Assembly (NCBI GenBank): GCA_951406725.2
Contig: OX597818.1
Coordinates: forward strand, 137,454,001 to 137,518,000
Direction: 5' to 3'
Source of the DNA: Octopus vulgaris
Taxonomy: Eukaryota
Length of the DNA: 64,000 nucleotides
The number at the start of each line of letters is the position of its first letter. Within the stretch, counting starts at the first letter, position 1. Below the pieces are notes generated by a model. The model worked only from the letters and a program-made list of their open reading frames with translations, was not told the DNA's origin and did not search any database. Made by a program: the position numbers and the translations under genes. Shown piece by piece: positions 54,431 to 64,000 of the stretch.

Positions 54431-54767
54431 GAGTGAGCGAGCAGTTCATGACATCAAAGTGACACTGGGGTAAAATATACAAAGCCCAATATACCCATCA
54501 TGACTACCCGTCTGATAAGGGTAAACCAGGCACATGCATCACAACCATATGTGCGTGACATGGTGATCTCATATCAAGATAAACAGCACATGACCTTGTA
54601 GGTGGGGCCCAGTTAGAATTTTCTTCAGGTTGAGTCGCCCATCCAGCTCAAAAGGTCCCTGAATAAGGGTTGTTTAAGGATGTTGAAAGAACCACCCATG
54701 TTTCCAGAGGTGAATTATTCAAACCCCAAAGAATCCCTCTCAACAAATGGCTATGATGCTCCCCCAC
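54431..54767 (-). mobile_element. (TAA)n-inserted element, short copy (possible R4/Dong-type 3' region)
   Basis: Flanked by (ATT)n on both sides and shares a fixed end ATT|GAGT with 55914-56675. Confidence 0.65.
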
Positions 54768-54786
54768 TTATTATTACTATTATTAT

Positions 54787-54942
54787 GAGTGGCTGTGTGG
54801 TAAGTGGCTTACTTACCAACCACATGATTCCGGGTTCAGTCCCACTGCGTGGCACCTTGAGGAAGTGTCTTCTACTATGGCCTCGGGCCGACCAAAGCCT
54901 TCTGAGTGGATTTGGTAGACGGAAACTGAAAAGAAGCCCGTC

Positions 54943-55001
<59 letters not shown>

Positions 55002-55222
55002 CGTGTAAGTGTTTCTGTGTTTGTGTTTGTTCCACCAACATCGCTTGACAACCGATGCTGGTGTGTTTATGTCTCCGTAACTTTGCGGTTCGGCAAAAGA
55101 GGCTGATAGAATATGTACTATGCTTACAAAGAATAAGTCCTGGGGTCGATTTGCTGGACTAAAGGCGGTGCTCCAGCATGGCCGCAGTCAAATGACTGAC
55201 TGAAACAAGTAAAAGTAAAAGA
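54787..55222 (+). mobile_element. SINE family B
   Basis: Head GAGTGGCTGTGTGG, internal (TA)(TG)n, tail GTAAAAGTAAAAGA. Confidence 0.9.
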
Positions 55223-55237
55223 TATTATTATTATTAC

Positions 55238-55306
<69 letters not shown>

Positions 55307-55333
55307 TATTATGATTGTTGTTGTTCTTCTTTT

Positions 55334-55364
<31 letters not shown>

Positions 55365-55391
55365 TTGTTGTTGTTATTATTATTATTATTA

Positions 55392-55464
<73 letters not shown>

Positions 55465-55913
55465 TCTTATTGTCCTTATTACGAAATCTGGCATAATCGT
55501 AACCACGGAGGAAAATGGCTTTTACGTTTTGAGTTCAAATTCCATCGATTTCATCATTCGCTTTTGTCTTTTCTGGGTCGATAAAATAAGTATCAGTTGA
55601 GCACTTGGCTCGATATGATCAATTTACCCCAACCACCGAAACTGCTGGCCTTGTGCCAAATTTTGAAATCAGTATTACTACGAATGCTGCGAGCTAGCAG
55701 AATGGTTAGCACAATGCTTCACAGCATTTTGTCTGTCTAAACGTTCGGATTTCAAATTTTGACAATGTCAGCTTTGCCATTCATCTTTTCAGAGTTGATG
55801 AAATAAGAACCAGTCAAGTACAGGGGCTGATGTAATCTTGTTAAAAAATCCCCTAAAAAAATTCCTAGCATTATTCCAAAATTTGATTCACTTTTATTAT
55901 TATTATTATTATT

Positions 55914-56675
55914 GAGTTAAAGAGCAGTGCATGCCATGAAAGTGATACTGGGGTAAAATATACGAAGCCCAGTATACCCATCATGACTACCCTTCTGATA
56001 AGAGTACACCAGACACATGCATCACAACCATATGTGCGCGACATGATGATCTCATATCAATATAAATAGCACATGACCTTAGGTGGGGCCCAGTTAGAAT
56101 TTTCTTCTGGTTGAGTAACCCATCCTACTCAAAAGGTCCCTGAGTAAGGGTTGTTTAAGGATGTTGGACGAAACACCCATGTTTCCAGAGGTGAATTATT
56201 CAAACCCCAAAGAATCCCTCTCAACACATGGCTATGATACTCCTCCACTGCTTCTGCTCGTGAGCAGAGATGCACATATCATCAGCCACTAAGGGACATG
56301 CTCAACTGGTTAAGGTCAAACAACTGACAAGCAAATCTGTGGTATTGAGCAGAATATTTGCTGTAGCCCATCTTTTATACCAAGACAAAACAATGTACAT
56401 GATAACACTTCCAATCAGTTAAGATCAGAAGCCATGAGAGCCACAGCCTGGTACTTGAGAGCCACTGCCTGGTACTTGAGAGCCACTGCCTGGTACTTGA
56501 GAGCCACTGCCTGGTACTTGAGAGCCACTGCCTGGTACTTGAGAGCCACTGCCTGGTACTTGAGAGCCACTGCCTGGTACTTGAGAGCCACTGCCTGGTA
56601 CTTGAGAGCCACTGCCTGGTACTTGAGAGCCACTGCCTGGTACTTGAGAGCCACTGCCTGGTACTTGAGAGCCAC
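55914..56675 (-). mobile_element. (TAA)n-inserted element, longer copy ending in a 21-bp tandem array
   Basis: The first ~335 bp align with 54431-54767. (ATT)n lies on both flanks. Confidence 0.7.
56436..56675 (+). repeat. Minisatellite (GAGAGCCACTGCCTGGTACTT) x ~11.4
   Basis: Nearly perfect 21-bp units with one substitution in the first unit. Confidence 0.97.
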
Positions 56676-56751
<76 letters not shown>

Positions 56752-56982
56752 GTTGTTGTTGTACAGGGCTAGTTATAACTGAATTCACTTGCAGTTTTAT
56801 GAAAGAGAGAGCTCCAATTACGCATAGATTAATGAAATATAACCTAAACTCAAACACATACACAACCAAAAATTTAGTCACACAGATATATGCACACTAA
56901 CACACAAACATCATTCGAAACATACTCAAAGATAGCTACAGCTACATATACGTATGTGTGTGTACGTATATTTGTATATATG

Positions 56983-57023
<41 letters not shown>

Positions 57024-57090
57024 ATAGTAATGCAATACGAGAGTATTGCTTTCCAGTAAAGGATAGCCCGTGAGGGTAAAATTATACATA

Positions 57091-57200
57091 TAAAAGTAAA
57101 TAAATGGCACAACGAAGTACCGATATTTACTGGAAAATAGCGAACGTAATAAATATTCCAGTAAATATCGGTACTTCGTTGTACCATTTATTTACTTTTA
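57091..57200. repeat. Inverted repeat, 45-bp arms, 20-nt loop
   Basis: 57091-57135 and 57156-57200 are reverse complements with one mismatch. Confidence 0.9.
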
Positions 57201-57218
57201 CGTATATATATTATTTTA

Positions 57219-57317
<99 letters not shown>

Positions 57318-57354
57318 TATTTTATGAATATATATGTATATATATTATTTTATG

Positions 57355-57397
<43 letters not shown>

Positions 57398-57894
57398 TAT
57401 ATATTCATTTAATTCGACACTCACATAAGTATATGTATATATACACACAGATAAATGCATACATACATATATATATATATGCTTGTTTAAATGCATAGAC
57501 ATGCACACACATGTTAATTTATATATGCATAAGCATATACATGTGTAAGAAGTGTCGGTGTATGTTTCTGTAAGCTTAAATTCAATTCCGTGTCGAGCCT
57601 AGATGAGTTAATCTGGTGCGATATGGGGACGAGGTAACAACAATGCAGAATCTGAGCTGCCGTCAGTGAAGGAAAAAAAATAACGAACAAAAACAAAAAA
57701 AACAAAAATCAAATGAATACATAAATGTGTGAAAGTTGAGACTTCACTTACAGGGCTCAGGTGTAGTGATGTTGTCTTTAATAACGGAGACTTGATTTTG
57801 GATATTCAGCTAATGAGGTAGACAACCCTGCACGTCAATCTATTTTCTGATGGGTTCGGTATCAGCTTGATTTGGAAAGGAAAAACATAATAAC

Positions 57895-57950
<56 letters not shown>

Positions 57951-57973
57951 TAATAATAATAATAATAATAATG

Positions 57974-58080
<107 letters not shown>

Positions 58081-58187
58081 TATTATTATAATTATAATAA
58101 TAATAATAGTAAGAAGAAGAAGAAGAAGAAGAAGAAATTGAGTAAACCTGAAGAAAACTGCAGTGGGTTAGTTGCATGGACATATGG

Positions 58188-58237
<50 letters not shown>

Positions 58238-58530
58238 CGGTGTGTATGGGCTGTGTGCATATAAATACGTACATGAATACATACATATATACAAATATAT
58301 ATGTACAGGTGTACATACATATATATAAATGCATATATGCGTATATATAAACAACGATGTAATGTATAAGTGTGCGTTTGTGTGCATGTATATAGATATA
58401 TTAACATACATATTCATACATCTACATGTGTGTATTTGCATATATGCATATGTATATATATATATATGTACATATATATATACATATAAATATACATATA
58501 TACATATATACATACATATATATACATGTA

Positions 58531-58577
<47 letters not shown>

Positions 58578-58668
58578 ATACACGCTCAAAGTAATACGTA
58601 TATATATATATTGCAAAAACATATTCTATAGAATTTTGTAACAGCCAACTACTTTACTAGCTAGCTAC

Positions 58669-58725
<57 letters not shown>

Positions 58726-58942
58726 TAAATATAAGGGTAGCAAAAAATTCTAGAAATATTTCTCCGCTACCAGCGGTCCAGTGAGAAAGAAAAGATAATC
58801 AAATACTATATAATATACATTCAAAAATATAAGGAATGGCCATAATAGGACATTCGACTCACTAGAGAGAGCAGCCAAACTCAAACCGCTAATAGTTATA
58901 ATTCTGAAATTGAAAGAGAAATAAAAACGTTTACCCTTTCAT

Positions 58943-59035
58943 CTCTGGACTATGCATAGTTTCGGCAAACTTTAGTAAACAAATTAATTAAATTAAATTA
59001 AATGTATTTACAACTGGCGTACCTCGTCAGCAGAG
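58943..59035 (-). ncRNA. Type I hammerhead ribozyme
   Basis: CTCTG-CTGACGA-extended stem II-GAAA-CTATGCATAG-TC^CAGAG. Confidence 0.85.
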
Positions 59036-59344
59036 AAGCCAAGGACGAACATATATCCACGAGGCGATGGTAAGGAAGCCTCAAGTCTATATGCTATAAA
59101 TTTTCAAAATTTACCGCAATCGCGCGGTCTACTCAGCAGCAAATATGAACTGCTGATTTAATTTCAAAATTAGCCAAAAAATCATTAATTAATAAATATA
59201 AGGGTAGCAAAATCTTCTAGAAAAAATTCTCCGCTACCTGCGGTCCAGTGGGAGAGAAAAGCGCGGTAGATTTTGAAAATTTATAGCATATAGACTTGAG
59301 GCTTCCTTACCATCGCATCGTGGATATATGTTCGTCCTTGGCTT

Positions 59345-59437
59345 CCCTGCTGACGAGGTACGTCAGTTGTAAATAAATTAAATTTAATCTAATTAATTTG
59401 TTTACTACAGTTTGCTGAAACTATGCATAGTCCAGAG
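59345..59437 (+). ncRNA. Type I hammerhead ribozyme
   Basis: CCCTG-CTGACGA (59350-59356)...GAAA (59417-59420)-CTATGCATAG-TC^CAGAG. Confidence 0.82.
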
Positions 59438-59557
59438 ATGAAAGGGTAAACGTTTTTATTTCTCTTTCAATTTCAGAATTATAACTATTAGCGGTTTGAG
59501 TTTGGCTGCTCTCTCTAGTGAGTCGAATGTTCTATTATGGCCATTCCTTATTTTTGA

Positions 59558-59648
<91 letters not shown>

Positions 59649-59651
59649 TAT

Positions 59652-60330
59652 TTCTACACTTCCATCTCACCGATACTTCTAAGCAAGGCTCTTATTCTTA
59701 TCTTTGCTATGAAGAACTACTCTGATTGAACAAAAAATGATGTGAACATCATCCCAGCAGCCAGGAAAAAAATTATTAGATTTAACGATAAGTTTTGAAC
59801 TAGAAAATTAGCTAAAAGTTTTTCGATATCACCATGGGATCTAATGACACTGCGCAAGTCATTGATCTCGTGAGGATATCCTTATTATATGGTATTAATG
59901 ATGAAATTCATAATCTTGAAGGTTGATTTTATATGGACTATACGTAATTCCAGCCATGTTTATGTTGGAATCAAGAACCAAGAACCAAGAAAAACCTCAT
60001 TAGATATCTTAAGATTGTTGGCTTGTCTATTACATTGGATGATAATTGTAAAATAGTCAACGTCCTAGGCATTACTTTAAAATTTAGAACAGGTCCCTTT
60101 AAACATCTCCATAATCCAAGCCAGCATATAAATTATGTTAATCGCTTCTCCACCCATTAAATAGCCGTCATACATTCCGTAGTAAAGTAGTAAACAGTGT
60201 ATTCTCCCGTATATCATTGTTCTCCACCAACCAGGACATTTTTTACCAAAACGCTAGCTGCTACAGAGGAGCTGTATCTATGACTGTTTATAAAGAGAAA
60301 ATAGTATATCTCCCTAAACATAGAGACGGC
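59652..60330 (+). pseudogene. Decayed Penelope-like (Naiad/Neptune-type) reverse transcriptase
   Basis: Across stops and frameshifts: FYTSISPILLSKAL, DVNIIPAARK, FDITMGSNDTAQVIDLV (FDVTMGS.DGAE.C.LVG-like), GLSIT, YVNRFSTH (Y..SNHP-like), RISLFSTNQDIF...YKEKIVY. Confidence 0.8.
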
Positions 60331-60566
60331 AATTACAATCATATACGGTCTGGAAGTAACAGGATTAATAAAATTAATGTAAGTTCCCTCGTGATCGGCT
60401 TAATCTTACTGTGAATAGCCATAAAATTTACGTAAAGGGCACAACCTAAAGGACTTACATAAAAAGTACAATCTAAGTAAGAATACAAAACACTATAAAT
60501 TGGCATAGCAATATCTCCGCAGTAAATAGCGTAATCACATGTTTAAGGATAATGATATTAATAATA

Positions 60567-60950
60567 GTGCAGGCGCAATGGCCCAGTGATTAGGGCAGCG
60601 GACTCGCGGTCATAGGATCGCGGTTTCGATTCCTAGACCGGGCGTTGTGAGTGTTTATTGAGCGAAAACACCTAAAGCTCCACGAGGCTCCGGCAGGGGA
60701 TGGTGGTGATCCCTGCTGTACTCTTTCACAACAACTTTCTCTCACTCTTACTTCCTGTTTCTGTTGTACCTGTATTTCAAGGGGCCGGCCTTGTCACTCT
60801 CTGTGTCACGTTGAATATCCCCGAGAACTACGTTAAGAGTACACGTGTCTGTTGAATGCTCAGCCACTTACACGTTAATTTCACGAGCAGGCTGTTCCGT
60901 TGATCGGATCAACCGGAATCCTCGTCGTCGTAACCGACGGAGAGCTTCCA
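60567..60950 (+). mobile_element. SINE family A
   Basis: Full-length match to the other copies. No TSD found. Confidence 0.9.
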
Positions 60951-61199
60951 TCCAACACGGTCATCTGAAATCTCTATGGCAGTTACACGCCGTTGATGTT
61001 CCTAAAGGTCCTTGTTGGCTCGGGTGATTACATCTCTCGTCCGTCATTCTTCATTATGTTGCGCACTATTTCTTCACAGTTAATTTTAACTGCGTTTATA
61101 ATTTAAAACTCGGAATATTCATTTCATCGCAGTTCCTAACGATTTTAGATTACACCAAATCAGAATTTATGGCTTATCAAAAATAAAAGGTCTCAGTAA

Positions 61200-61933
<734 letters not shown>

Positions 61934-62242
61934 ATATATATATATAGGTGCAGACGTGGTATGGGTGCTGGAAAGTGGTCAGTGCTAGTCTGTGCAGGGT
62001 GGTGTGATGTGGTGTTGTGGTGTTGGGTGTGGGATGCGAGGGACGGGCGTGGGGATGTGAGAATGAGGCGTGGGTTTGGGGTGAGGTTGTGGGGGTAGGG
62101 GCGGGGTATGAGGAAGAGGGATGTGCGGGCAGGGGTGGGGTATGTGGGAGTGGGATGTGTGGGTCGGTGGGGTGGTGGGTTTGGGATGTGTTGAGATGGT
62201 GGGGTTGGGGGTTGGGATGTGTATGAAGCGGGTAGCGGGAAG

Positions 62243-62310
<68 letters not shown>

Positions 62311-62311
<1 letters not shown>

Positions 62312-62708
62312 CTCTTTTACTCTTTTACTTGTTTCAGTCATTTAACTGTGGCCATGCTGGAGCACCGCCTTTAGTCGAGAAAATCGATCCCGGGACTTAT
62401 TCTTTGTAAGCCCAGTACTTATTCTATCGGTCTCCTTTGCCGAACCGCTAAGTTACGGGGACGTAAACACACCACCATCGGTTGTCAAGCAATGCTAGGG
62501 GGACAAACACACACACACACATATATATATATATACATATATACGACAGGCTTCTTTCAGTTTCCGTCTACCAAATCCACTCACAAGGCATTGGTCGGCC
62601 CGGGGCTATAGCAGAAGACACTTGCCCAAGATGCTACGCAGTGGGACTGAACCCGGAATCATGTGGTTGGTAAACAAGCTACTTACCACACAGCCACTCC
62701 TGCGCCTA
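62311..62708 (-). mobile_element. SINE family B, full length
   Basis: Intact copy showing the empty form of the site interrupted at 3120-3136. Confidence 0.92.
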
Positions 62709-62754
62709 TAAATCTATCTTTTTTTTTTGTTTTTTGTTTTTTTCATCCCCCAAA

Positions 62755-62795
<41 letters not shown>

Positions 62796-63779
62796 TTATG
62801 CATATAAATATATATAACACACACACACTCCGTATTCTACTAATCCATATTATTTTGGTCCCGTCCTTTTACCAGCCTCAACAATTATAATTGTTTGAAA
62901 TCATTGCATATTTCATTTTTTTTCCTCCAGACTAAGTCTGGAGCATTGTCTTATTTATTTATTTATTTACTCTTTGACTTTTTTGAAACTCGATTCTTGC
63001 GGCCACTTTGCTAAGTTTCTTACTCATATTGAAAACAAAAACTAATAAAAAAAAATATCCACAGAAATATCAACAAAACGAAGAAAGATATAAAAGAACC
63101 GACATCATTACTTGAAGAAAATGACTCACATCTTATTTCTTACGCCGTTTTGCAGAATCGTTTTTAAGGTAACAACAACTAGTATTAGGCTAAAACTCAA
63201 TATTAAAACAAAAAATACCATGTCGTTACGTTACTATTACATGCTTTTAACATCCTTTTGCAGTCTCGGACAGTTTTCGCAGTTTGCTTTGGCTTACGGC
63301 AACAAAATAAAAAATGAAAGTGAAACTAGAAATAGAAATAAAGGAGCGCGACGGAGAGGTAAGTTTAAAGTGAAAGAAGGAAGGAAGAAGAGGGATTAAC
63401 AAATAAATGCAAATAGGAAGAGAATGAATAAAAGAAGAAATGAATAAAATAAGCGATAATATAATACCTGATAAAAATAAAAAGACTAACAAGCAACCAA
63501 ATCTTTCAGGAGTCGAAACAGAATAGAAGAAATAAAAGAAGAACGAAAGGAAAGGGGGAAAGAAAGAATGAAAGAGTGAAAGGCAAGAGAATCGGGAAAG
63601 GTGGGCAAGAAAGAAAGAGAGTGAAAAGAGGAAACAGTCGTCCGTGTGTATGTAATCTGTAATGAGACAGTCAGCTTTCGGAGAGGTGTAGTGTTGGGGG
63701 TGCGCTGTGATCCAGTTGATTAGAAATGTTTAGTGATCCGATTTCCGACATGACTCACACTCACGCATAAGTATGCATG

Positions 63780-64000
<221 letters not shown>

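Larger units (their letters stand above)
58721..59566. mobile_element. Penelope-type pLTR array: partial tandem on minus (467-bp period) plus an inverted copy, in (TA)n
   Basis: 58721-58793 is repeated at 59188-59260. Inverted arms at 58814-59117 and 59263-59566, each carrying a hammerhead. Confidence 0.85.

Noticed and set aside
56436-56675. Possible CRISPR array or repeat protein (WLSSTRQ)n
   Set aside because: Contiguous identical 21-mers with no spacers, in a eukaryotic context. It is a minisatellite.

Overview
Eukaryotic, AT-rich, repeat-saturated DNA. The repeat content points to a coleoid cephalopod, most likely Octopus (inferred, not database-checked). Nearly all ORFs in the supplied track are microsatellite or SINE translation artefacts. 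The real content is: (1) at least six families of tRNA-headed SINE-like elements, many with clear TSDs and nested in one another; (2) one intact-looking 2.24-kb non-LTR element (3137-5373, minus) encoding only a Tx1/L1-type ORF1 zinc-knuckle protein and inserted with a 17-bp TSD into the tRNA head of a SINE; (3) about a dozen type-I hammerhead-ribozyme motifs, mostly in Penelope-like end fragments, including a ~470-nt ribozyme-bearing unit seen at two loci with covarying stems, one beside a decayed Penelope RT; (4) a head-to-head pair of elements built as tRNA promoter + (AAT)n + hammerhead; (5) fragments of RTE and CR1-group LINEs, Tc1/mariner, hAT MITEs and non-autonomous Helitrons; (6) weak evidence for a small spliced host gene or pseudogene at about 10.7-20.4 kb. 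Family letters A-F are my own labels.
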